NCBI GenBank assembly: GCA_030595835.1
Contig: JAUVLG010000001.1
Span: 4,614 to 68,613 of the forward strand
DNA: 64,000 bases
Direction of reading: 5' to 3'
Source: Candidatus Eiseniibacteriota bacterium
GTDB taxonomy: Bacteria > Joyebacterota > Joyebacteria > Joyebacterales > Joyebacteraceae
Below the pieces are notes generated by a model, which saw only the letters and a list, made by a program, of their open reading frames with translations, was not told where the DNA came from and searched no databases. Shown one piece after another: positions 57,161 through 64,000 of this stretch. Position 1 is the first letter of the stretch. Every line of letters begins with the position of its first letter. The translations under genes and the position numbers were made by a program.

Positions 57161-58147
57161 GTGGCTCAAGCGTTGGACATAGAGGTATCAGTCGGCATCG
57201 ATTCGCAGGAGTGGGGCTGCCTCGTCGCTGAAGACGAGGCAGCTACGTTCTTCCATACGTCGGAGTGGTCCGAGGTTCTGACCTCGACGCTGCCCGGCTT
57301 CGAGTCGGCGCACGTCACCGCGCGTGAGCACGGTCGTTTGGTGTCCATCATGCCGGTACTCAGTCGACCGAGGCTCAGGACCGCGACGCTGGAGTCAATG
57401 GCTTTCGGCACCTTCGGAGGACCGGTGCTGGGCGCCCACGCTCCCGCGGCCGCAGCGGGGGCGGTACTCGCTGCATTCGCCGGCGCTGCGGCGTCGCTGC
57501 GGGTCGGGCTGGCGCAGGTGGTCGACCGGTCGGGCCGAATACAGGACTCGCATCTGCCCGGCTTCCGCCGCACCGACGATACTCTGCAGGTCGTTTCTCT
57601 CGAGGCGAGCTACGACGAGCTCGAGAGACACTTCAAGCCGTCCGCCCGCAACAAGGTGCGGAAGGCCATCAAGGCCGGAGTGACAGTCAGACGCGCGGAG
57701 TCCGAGGCGGACTTCCTGGCCTACCACGCGGTCCTCGAGGAGTGCAGCCGCGAGTGGGCGATCAGGCCACGCCCGGGACGCGAGTTCTTCAGCGCGCTGT
57801 TTGAGCTCGACCGGGACGTGGTGCAGATGTGGCTGGCGTTTCACGATGGTGACGTGCTGGCGGGCGACCTCAACTTCGCCCTTCACGGGACCGTGATGAA
57901 CTGGGGCAACGTGTCGACCGACGCCGCCAAGTCGCTCGCGCCGAACAACCTCCTGCACGCCAACGCGATAGAGCAGGGCGTGCGTGACGGGTACCAGACC
58001 TATGACCTTGGCTCGAGCGGCGGCATCGAGGGAGTCAGAGCTTTCAAATCGTCCTTCGGGACGGCGGACGTCCCGCTGCGAAGATTCGTGATGGAGAAGA
58101 CCTGGTATCGTGGCCTGAAGAAGGCTACTGGTCGCCGGTCGGGCTGA
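57161..58147 (+). CDS. FemAB / Acetyltransf_6-family (GNAT-fold) acyl- or aminoacyl-transferase
   Basis: Motifs SARNKVRKAIKAGVTVRRAESEADF, FFSALFE, WLAFHDGDVLAGDLNF, YQTYDLGSS and AFKSSFG match the BioF2-like/FemAB-like acetyltransferase family common in polysaccharide loci. GTG start. Confidence 0.6.
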   Translation: MAQALDIEVSVGIDSQEWGCLVAEDEAATFFHTSEWSEVLTSTLPGFESAHVTAREHGRLVSIMPVLSRPRLRTATLESMAFGTFGGPVLGAHAPAAAAGAVLAAFAGAAASLRVGLAQVVDRSGRIQDSHLPGFRRTDDTLQVVSLEASYDELERHFKPSARNKVRKAIKAGVTVRRAESEADFLAYHAVLEECSREWAIRPRPGREFFSALFELDRDVVQMWLAFHDGDVLAGDLNFALHGTVMNWGNVSTDAAKSLAPNNLLHANAIEQGVRDGYQTYDLGSSGGIEGVRAFKSSFGTADVPLRRFVMEKTWYRGLKKATGRRSG

Positions 58148-58249
58148 GAACACCTGGAAGGCACGCGGCTTCCGCCCGGGGGCGTACATGAAGTTCACCC
58201 ATGAAAAGGACGCTCAGCAGGCGCTGACGGAAGACGGGGGAGAGCTCAC

Positions 58250-59536
58250 ATGAAATCCAGTGCCAGGATAGTCCTCCTCGTGGCCATCGCGGTCCACATT
58301 GTGTTCCTGGCGTCACTCATCGCCCCCGGGCACTTCCTGAATCCGCTTTTCCCCGAGGGGATGCACAATCTGGGTGAGGGGCAGGGCAGTGACTTCTATG
58401 CTTTCTATCAGGCCGGGCGCTACGTGCTCGACAATGAGAATATCTACACGAGACCCATGGACGACCCGGACCGCGTCGTTCCGTACGCGTACTTCTACCG
58501 CTACCTTCCATTCGTGGCGTACACGATAGGAGTTGCGGCGAATGCGGTCCCGCCCGTGGTCGCCTACTGGATCTGGGTCGCGATCATCGAGCTGGTCCTG
58601 GGACTCTGCATCTGGGGCACGCGCGGCATCACTCGAGACGGAAGCCTCTTCGCCTACCTGGCCGCGATGTGGCTCATGTACACGCCCTTCTATCTGGAAC
58701 AGTACATGGGGCAGCTCACGTTCGCGATGGCGGCGATGTCGTTCGCTTTCGCCGTGATGCACCTTCGGGGGAGAGCGCTTGCATCCGACGGTTGGTGGTG
58801 GGCCAGTGTGGTCATCAAGCACCTGACGGTGCTCTATGTGCCGATTCTGATCAGGTTGCGGAAGTACCGGACCATCGCCATCGCCGTACTGCTGCTGCTC
58901 GTGACGAGCGTTCCCTACTATCTGCTCCGGAACCACGGGACCGGCCATTTCACGCATGACAACTTCAGCCTCAATCTTGACCCCTACGCCGGGAACATGG
59001 GCGCTGTTGCCTTCTTCATGGTCATAAAGGAGCGTTTCTTCCCGTTCGCCTCACAGGTGCTGGTTCACCTGGGTCCGCTCAAACTATCGATCACACGCGT
59101 GGGCGTGGGGCTGATCATGGGCGTGCCCGTGCTCGTGAGTCTCTGGGCCACCTTTCGAAGGAGACCCTTCGATTTCCTCGAGTCCTTCGCGCTGTGGACG
59201 ATGGTGTACTTCTTCGTATTCAGAGAAGTGTGGGAATACCACTACGTTCTCCTGATGCCCGTGTTCGTGCTTCTCTACGCGCGGACGCGGGCGCGGGTGC
59301 TGTGGTTCATCTACGCGCTGGCCGCCCTCCCAACGCTCTTCGTTCTATATGACGTCCCCGGCTCGGACCCGGGAGAGGCGTGGGAAGCGTGGAGCGCGTT
59401 CGAGCACGTCCTTAACCACGGCTTGAAACTGATACCCGTCGTGTGGCTCTTCGTCTGGGTGGCCGCGGGCTACCTCCGCCGACACACGAAGCTCATGGAA
59501 TCCCGAATGGACACGGGACTCGACCTGCTCACCTGA
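58250..59536 (+). CDS. Polytopic membrane protein, candidate GT-C-fold glycosyltransferase (DUF2029/GT87-like)
   Basis: 428 aa, about 10 TM helices, aromatic-rich loops. The assignment rests only on context and topology. Confidence 0.4.
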   Translation: MKSSARIVLLVAIAVHIVFLASLIAPGHFLNPLFPEGMHNLGEGQGSDFYAFYQAGRYVLDNENIYTRPMDDPDRVVPYAYFYRYLPFVAYTIGVAANAVPPVVAYWIWVAIIELVLGLCIWGTRGITRDGSLFAYLAAMWLMYTPFYLEQYMGQLTFAMAAMSFAFAVMHLRGRALASDGWWWASVVIKHLTVLYVPILIRLRKYRTIAIAVLLLLVTSVPYYLLRNHGTGHFTHDNFSLNLDPYAGNMGAVAFFMVIKERFFPFASQVLVHLGPLKLSITRVGVGLIMGVPVLVSLWATFRRRPFDFLESFALWTMVYFFVFREVWEYHYVLLMPVFVLLYARTRARVLWFIYALAALPTLFVLYDVPGSDPGEAWEAWSAFEHVLNHGLKLIPVVWLFVWVAAGYLRRHTKLMESRMDTGLDLLT

Positions 59537-59626
59537 GCAGCCAGGGAGCACGTTCCGCCTTCACGCGGCCTCCCGCGACGGTGGGCGCAGCGGAGGCTGG
59601 CAGACGGTTGATATGGAGCTGACAGC

Positions 59627-60736
59627 ATGCGAATTGCGTATCTCTCAATAGGCGGACACATACACACCGAGCGGTGGCTCCGCTTCTTCGTGGATCGTGG
59701 GCACGACGTCCACCTGATGACGGTCCAGCCTGCGCCGATCGAAGGCGTGAAGCTGTACGACATCCGAACGGGCATTCCCTTCAAGGCTCTGCACTACGCC
59801 GTGGCGCTGCGGGAAGTGAAGAGGATCCTGGCGGAGATCCAGCCGGATCTCCTGCACACTCACTTCCTCACCGGGTACGGCTACTGGGGCGTCTTCTCGG
59901 GATTTCATCCCAACATCCTGACGGTCTGGGGCGATGACGTCTACCTGACACCCCACACGTCCTTTCTGAAGGGCTGGCTCGCACGCATGGCGCTGAGAGG
60001 CGCCGATCTCGTAACGGGAGACTCGGACGACATACTGGAGCATGCCATCGCCATGGGGGCGGAGAGGGAGGCGTGCCACGTGATTCAGTGGGGCGTTGAT
60101 CTGGCGGCTTTCAGGCCCGACGCGCCGTCCGACGTGCGGGAGCAGCTTGGCATCCCCGCCGACTCACCGGTCGTCATCAGCATCAGGAGCTTCACGCAGC
60201 CGTACTACAACATCGACGTCATCGTGCGTGCCATTCCCGGGATTCTCGAGAAGCGGCCGGACACACATTTCATCATCGCCGGAAACGAGGGCGACGACAC
60301 GGAGTTCAGAGCCCTGGCCGGAGAGCTGTCCATCGACGACAGAGCACACTTCGTGGGCAAGATCCCACACGAGGAGCTGCCGGGGTACCTGGTGGCTTCA
60401 GACGCGTTCCTGAGCGTGCCGTCGGTCGATGCGACGGCCGTGTCGTTGCTGGAGGCCATGGCGTGCGGGACTCCGGTCGTGGTGTCAAGCCTGGATTCGG
60501 CGCTTGAGTGGGTCACCGATGGGAAGAACGGACTCGTCGTCACTCCGCGCGACCAGGGTGCGCTCGAGTCCGCCGTCCTGCAGCTCCTGGACTCGCCAGA
60601 GCGCAGGCGCGAGTTCGGGACCATCACTGCCGGGATGGTTCGGGAGCGCGCCGACCACGACGCGCACATGTCCAGAATGGAGGAGCTCTGCGTGGAGCTC
60701 GTCGAGCGCTGGAGGAAGACCAGTGGAACCAGCTAG
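59627..60736 (+). CDS. Family 4 (GT-B) glycosyltransferase
   Basis: MRIAYLSIGGHIHTERW start, then GT4 C-terminal E-x7-E region ...LEAMACGTPVVVSSLDSALEWVTDGKNGLVV. Confidence 0.75.
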   Translation: MRIAYLSIGGHIHTERWLRFFVDRGHDVHLMTVQPAPIEGVKLYDIRTGIPFKALHYAVALREVKRILAEIQPDLLHTHFLTGYGYWGVFSGFHPNILTVWGDDVYLTPHTSFLKGWLARMALRGADLVTGDSDDILEHAIAMGAEREACHVIQWGVDLAAFRPDAPSDVREQLGIPADSPVVISIRSFTQPYYNIDVIVRAIPGILEKRPDTHFIIAGNEGDDTEFRALAGELSIDDRAHFVGKIPHEELPGYLVASDAFLSVPSVDATAVSLLEAMACGTPVVVSSLDSALEWVTDGKNGLVVTPRDQGALESAVLQLLDSPERRREFGTITAGMVRERADHDAHMSRMEELCVELVERWRKTSGTS

Positions 60737-61679
60737 ATCAGTTAGCGTCATCATCCCCACATTCGGGAAGCGGGAGCTCCTCGAGGCTACGCTCGACTCG
60801 CTCGGACGGCAGACCTACCCCGCGGAGCAGATCGAGATCGTCGTCGTTGATGACGGGTCCGATGATGACACGTTCGAGTATCTCCGGTCGCTCGATACTC
60901 CCTACGCTCTCGTTCCCATCAAGCACGAGATCAACAAGGGGAGGGCCGCCGCCCGGAACACGGCCATCGAAGCCTCAACGGGCGACCTCACCGTGTTCGT
61001 GGACGACGACATGCGCTGCGAGCCTGATCTCATAGAGCGCCACGTCTCCTTCCACGCCGCGCACCCCGGTGTTGTCGTCATAGGCAGCGCCGTCACGGCG
61101 CCGGAGCTCGGCCGCGCGACCGTGTTCACATACCTTGACGAGATGGGGGTGCACCGTCTGCCGGCAGGCTCGGTATCTCCGGCCCGGTACTTCGCCACCA
61201 ACAACGCGTCCGTCGAGCGGCGACACCTCCTGGACGTTGGGTTGTTCGACGAGTCATTCAGAAACTACGGATGCGAGGACACGGAGCTGGCCTTTCGTCT
61301 GGAGGACGATGCGGGACTGAGGTTCATGTACTGCGCCGAGGCCGTCGCATACCACATACACACGCAAACGCTCGACGATGTCCTCGCGAAGCGCATCGGC
61401 AGCGTCCCCCCGTTGCTGCTGCTGATCACCAAGCATCCTGACCGCGCCTCCGAACTCTCCATCGACGTGCTGATGCCGCCCGCGCCGGGAGACTCCGTTG
61501 GAGTCAGGCTACATAAACTCCTCCTTGCGTTCTCCACGAACCGGCTCTTCTATGCGCTGGTCAAGTCGCTCGCGCGAGTCGTCTGGCTCCGCGGCCTCTC
61601 CAGGGACGTGATGGTGTATCTCATCGCCTGCCAGTACCGTCGCGGACTGCGCCTGATCTCGGAAGAGAACAGCAGCTGA
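60723..61679 (+). CDS. Family 2 glycosyltransferase
   Basis: VSVIIPTFGKRELLEATLDSLGRQTYPAEQIEIVVVDDGSDD...VFVDDDM. GTG at 60723 follows GGAGGA; the track's 60429 start lies inside the previous gene. Confidence 0.7.
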   Translation: MEPARSVSVIIPTFGKRELLEATLDSLGRQTYPAEQIEIVVVDDGSDDDTFEYLRSLDTPYALVPIKHEINKGRAAARNTAIEASTGDLTVFVDDDMRCEPDLIERHVSFHAAHPGVVVIGSAVTAPELGRATVFTYLDEMGVHRLPAGSVSPARYFATNNASVERRHLLDVGLFDESFRNYGCEDTELAFRLEDDAGLRFMYCAEAVAYHIHTQTLDDVLAKRIGSVPPLLLLITKHPDRASELSIDVLMPPAPGDSVGVRLHKLLLAFSTNRLFYALVKSLARVVWLRGLSRDVMVYLIACQYRRGLRLISEENSS

Positions 61680-61822
61680 CGAGGTCGGGCCCGGGGGCCA
61701 ATGCGAACCGCCACACCCTTGCAGAATGAAAGGACCTGTGTGCCGTTCGCGTCCTTTCCAGGTCCCACTCCCCAAGCCAGTGACGCCGCCCGCTAGCTGC
61801 AGCGTCCGTCCCCCAGACCCCG

Positions 61823-61849
61823 CAGATCCCACAGATCCCACAGATCTCC
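61823..61849. repeat. 3 x 9-nt direct tandem repeat (CAGATCCCA CAGATCCCA CAGATCTCC)
   Basis: Read directly in the 660-nt non-coding region upstream of the microcompartment genes. Confidence 0.5.
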
Positions 61850-62218
61850 CTCAAGCCCCTTGCAATGCCCTTCCGGTGTCCGGTGGGCACACTTCCTGCT
61901 CCTCTGTACACCAGACAACTGAATAGGGACTTGCGTCCCCTGCCATGTTCGTGAGCAGTCACCAGGTCGTGGGCTGATCCCATTACCCAGAGAATGAGTC
62001 GTACGCTACCTGATTGCACGGCATGTATGCGGGGGACGCGTTATTGTACCCCAGTTCTACACTGGGCGGGGTATGCGTGCTCCGACCACACCGGGACAGC
62101 TGCACGCCGCGTCGAACCCGCGTGGGTAGTGGCGGCGCGGCATCCTGTCGGGGCACAGACTGCCTGAGAGATCCCCCTCCGCGACGATCACACCTTCCAA
62201 CAACCCTTTGCGTTTCCG

Positions 62219-62247
62219 TTGACAGGTATTGGGCCCGGTGCTAGACT
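62219..62247 (+). promoter_or_regulatory. Candidate sigma-70-type promoter for the microcompartment operon
   Basis: TTGACA, 17-nt spacer, TAGACT, about 95 nt upstream of the pduL-like ATG. Confidence 0.35.
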
Positions 62248-62342
62248 CACGCTCATCTCGGGACGGAAGCCACGTTCTCGTGCGGAGTTGCGGCGCCCGG
62301 TCCTTGATTTTCAGCTGCCTTTGAGCCCAGCGAGGAAGCCAG

Positions 62343-63095
62343 ATGGATGACGTCGAAAGGCTGGCCTCTGAGGTCATCCGAAGGCTAAGGGGAAACGAGA
62401 CCAACGCCAGCGGGCCCGGTGAGGGCCAGACCGCCGCAGGTGGCACGAGGGAACCCGCGTCCGGCGGAGGTGTATCCTCCGGCCAGGGACAGGGACAAGA
62501 GAAGCTCGGGGAAGCGGGCGCGCTGACGGGAATCCCGGTGACCGTGTCCGGACGCCACATGCACATCTCGAGGGGTGTGCTGGACCGGCTGTTTGGCGAG
62601 GGGTTCCAGCTGAGCAGGCTTCGCGACCTCGGTCAGCCGGGCGAATTCGCCTCCGAGCAGACGGTGACCGTAGTGGGTCGCTCGATGCGCACGCTTGAGG
62701 GTCTGCGTGTGCTGGGTCCCGTGCGGCCTTACGCGCAGATCGAGCTTTCTGGCACAGACGCTGTCCGGTTGGGTATCGACCCGCCCGTCCGGACGTCCGG
62801 CGATCTGGTCGGGAGCGAGAGCGTCACGGTCGTGGGTCCGTGTGGATCGGTGCATCTCAAGGAGGGCGTCATAATGGCGACCCGCCATATCCACATGACG
62901 GAGCGCGACGCTCGCGAGTATGGAGTTGCCGACGGCGCCCGCGTTCGCATACGCTTCTCGGGCGACCGTGCGCTGGTTCTGGAGAACGTGCTGGTGCGCG
63001 TCGGAAGAAGCTCGGCGCTCGAGCTGCACCTGGACACTGACGATTCCAACGCCGCGGGTGTGCGGCTGCCGATGACCGTGAAGATTCTTCGCTGA
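62343..63095 (+). CDS. pduL: PduL-type phosphate acyltransferase with N-terminal encapsulation peptide
   Basis: Two PduL repeats: GRHMHISRGVLDRLFGEGFQL..LGQPGEFASEQTVTVVG...LRVLGPVRPYAQIELSGTDAVRLGI and GPCGSVHLKEGVIMATRHIHMTERDAREYGVADGARV...LELHLDTDDSNAAGV. N-terminal amphipathic helix MDDVERLASEVIRRLRG, then a Gly/Ser/Gln-rich linker. Confidence 0.85.
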   Translation: MDDVERLASEVIRRLRGNETNASGPGEGQTAAGGTREPASGGGVSSGQGQGQEKLGEAGALTGIPVTVSGRHMHISRGVLDRLFGEGFQLSRLRDLGQPGEFASEQTVTVVGRSMRTLEGLRVLGPVRPYAQIELSGTDAVRLGIDPPVRTSGDLVGSESVTVVGPCGSVHLKEGVIMATRHIHMTERDAREYGVADGARVRIRFSGDRALVLENVLVRVGRSSALELHLDTDDSNAAGVRLPMTVKILR

Positions 63096-63131
63096 TCTTG
63101 AGGGTCGAAGCATTTGAGGGAGGTGTGGCAC

Positions 63132-63407
63132 TTGTCAGGCCTTGCGCTGGGGATGGTCGAGACGAAGGGCGTGATCGGGCTGATCGAAGCCACGGACGCC
63201 ATGGTGAAGACGGCGAATGTCACGCTGACGAAGTACGAACGGATCGGCGGCGGCTACGTGACGACGCTGGTCAGAGGTGATGTTGGTGCGGTCAAGGCGG
63301 CGGTGGCGGCGGGTGCGGAGGCCGCGCAGAAGATCGGCGAACTCGTGGCGTACCACGTGATACCGGCGCCTCACGAGATGCTGGAGGACGTACTGCTCAA
63401 GCCGTAA
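63132..63407 (+). CDS. BMC-H shell protein (PduA/EutM-like)
   Basis: [55 protein letters not shown]: canonical BMC domain. TTG start at 63132; the track's TTG is at 63114 and an in-frame ATG at 63153. Confidence 0.85.
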   Translation: MSGLALGMVETKGVIGLIEATDAMVKTANVTLTKYERIGGGYVTTLVRGDVGAVKAAVAAGAEAAQKIGELVAYHVIPAPHEMLEDVLLKP

Positions 63408-63478
63408 GGCTACCCTCGGCGGGCAGCCGGACGGACGATGCTGTGACGAACAACTGAATTCGTTCACAGGAGGTTACG

Positions 63479-63775
63479 ATGGGCGAGGCCCTAGGAATGA
63501 TCGAGACTCGCGGCTTCATCGGCATGGTTGAGGCAACCGACGCAATGGTCAAGGCCGCGAACGTCACGCTGGTGCACTACGAGAAGGTGGGCGGAGGCTA
63601 CGTCACCTCGCTCGTTCGCGGTGACGTAGCTGCGGTCAGAGCCGCGGTTGACGCGGGAACCGCAGCGGCCAGCAAGGTCGGCGAGCTGATCTCGACGCAC
63701 GTCATCCCGAAGCCGCACCTCAGTCTTGAGGACGTGCTGCCGATCGGGAAGACGACCGGAGCAAAATCCAAGTAG
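63479..63775 (+). CDS. BMC-H shell protein (PduA/EutM-like), second copy
   Basis: [60 protein letters not shown] follows AGGAGG. Confidence 0.9.
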   Translation: MGEALGMIETRGFIGMVEATDAMVKAANVTLVHYEKVGGGYVTSLVRGDVAAVRAAVDAGTAAASKVGELISTHVIPKPHLSLEDVLPIGKTTGAKSK

Positions 63776-63899
63776 CTGGGCGATCGTCCGGATGTTGTTC
63801 GGACGACCGGGCTCCGGCGGACCGGGTGCGCAGGCGCCCTCGCTTGTGCCGGGCACACCCAGCGCTATCCGCGCGCCCCAACCGGGGCAAGGGCGGAAC

Positions 63900-64000
63900 A
63901 TGAATCTAGGTAGAGTCGTCGGGACGGTGGTCTCGACCAGGAAAGACGAGAAGCTGGTAGGGACGAAGCTCCAGATCGTCCGGCAGATCGACCCGGAGGG
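63900..64000 (+). CDS. BMC-P vertex protein (EutN/PduN/CcmL family), 5' part cut by the window edge
   Basis: MNLGRVVGTVVSTRKDEKLVGTKLQIVRQIDPE matches the EutN/CcmL N-terminus (..GxViGtvvaT.K...L.G.KLL.v). Confidence 0.7.
   Translation, partial: MNLGRVVGTVVSTRKDEKLVGTKLQIVRQIDPE

Noticed and set aside
60429-61679. ORF-track 416-aa start at 60429 for the last GT2
   Set aside because: The upstream 98 codons lie inside the GT4 gene and are Pro/Ser/Arg-rich. GTG at 60723 after GGAGGA gives the canonical VSVIIPTFG GT2 start.
61823-61849. CRISPR-like repeats
   Set aside because: Only three 9-nt units with no spacers. Far too short for a CRISPR array.
61726-61926. 66-aa Pro-rich + strand ORF (plus the 76-aa ORF at 62014-62244) in the microcompartment leader region
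   Set aside because: Low-complexity PxxP translation, no ribosome-binding site, and it overlaps the tandem repeat. Treated as non-coding.
61680-62342. Cobalamin riboswitch upstream of the microcompartment operon
   Set aside because: No B12 box (GCCACTG) or other recognisable riboswitch core. Only a promoter-like element and a tandem repeat.

Overview
The window is a 64 kb, high-GC (roughly 65 %) bacterial chromosomal segment. Of 58 called protein genes, 57 lie on the + strand, packed head to tail, with many 1-30 nt overlaps and frequent GTG or TTG starts.

The first half is conserved housekeeping synteny:
- recA (3' end), recX, alaS
- a PcrB/GGGPS-family prenyl-glycerol-phosphate synthase
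- rmlA(long form), rmlD, gmhA
- udk
- a UbiA-family prenyltransferase of the decaprenyl-phosphate phosphoribosyltransferase type
- ispE, spoVG, tRNA-Gln(TTG), prs, ctc(rplY), pth
- the H+-pyrophosphatase gene hppA
- ychF
- rpsF, rpsR, rplI with a structured leader
- a SurA/parvulin lipoprotein
- one lone minus-strand secreted protein
- selA (selenocysteine synthase)
- a SPOR-domain membrane protein
- smc, ftsY
- an FMN riboswitch driving ribD-ribE-ribBA-ribH, then nusB

From about 32.9 to 61.7 kb there is a roughly 29 kb, single-orientation glycan-biosynthesis island. It contains:
- six GT2, two GT4 and one GT9 (heptosyltransferase) glycosyltransferase genes, plus a GT2 fused to a polyprenyl-phosphate glycosylphosphotransferase
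- a YfhO-type GT-C enzyme and a second candidate GT-C membrane protein
- two polyprenyl-phosphate monosaccharide synthases (GtrB/ArnC-like and Dpm1-like), a UPF0104 flippase-like protein and a Wzx flippase
- a UDP-sugar 4-epimerase and 4,6-dehydratase, a DegT aminotransferase and a FemAB/Acetyltransf_6 acyltransferase
- two paralogous NPP-type phosphodiesterases
- a radical-SAM/SPASM enzyme next to a DUF362 Fe-S protein
- an embedded beta-propeller protein with a T9SS/FlgD-Ig-type C-terminal sorting domain

The last 1.7 kb begins a bacterial microcompartment locus: a PduL-type phosphotransacylase with an N-terminal encapsulation peptide, two BMC-H shell genes and a BMC-P vertex gene cut by the window edge. 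It sits behind a 660-nt non-coding region with a near-consensus promoter and a 9-nt tandem repeat.

No mobile elements, CRISPR arrays or rRNA were seen. All calls rest on motif recognition by eye; no searches were run.
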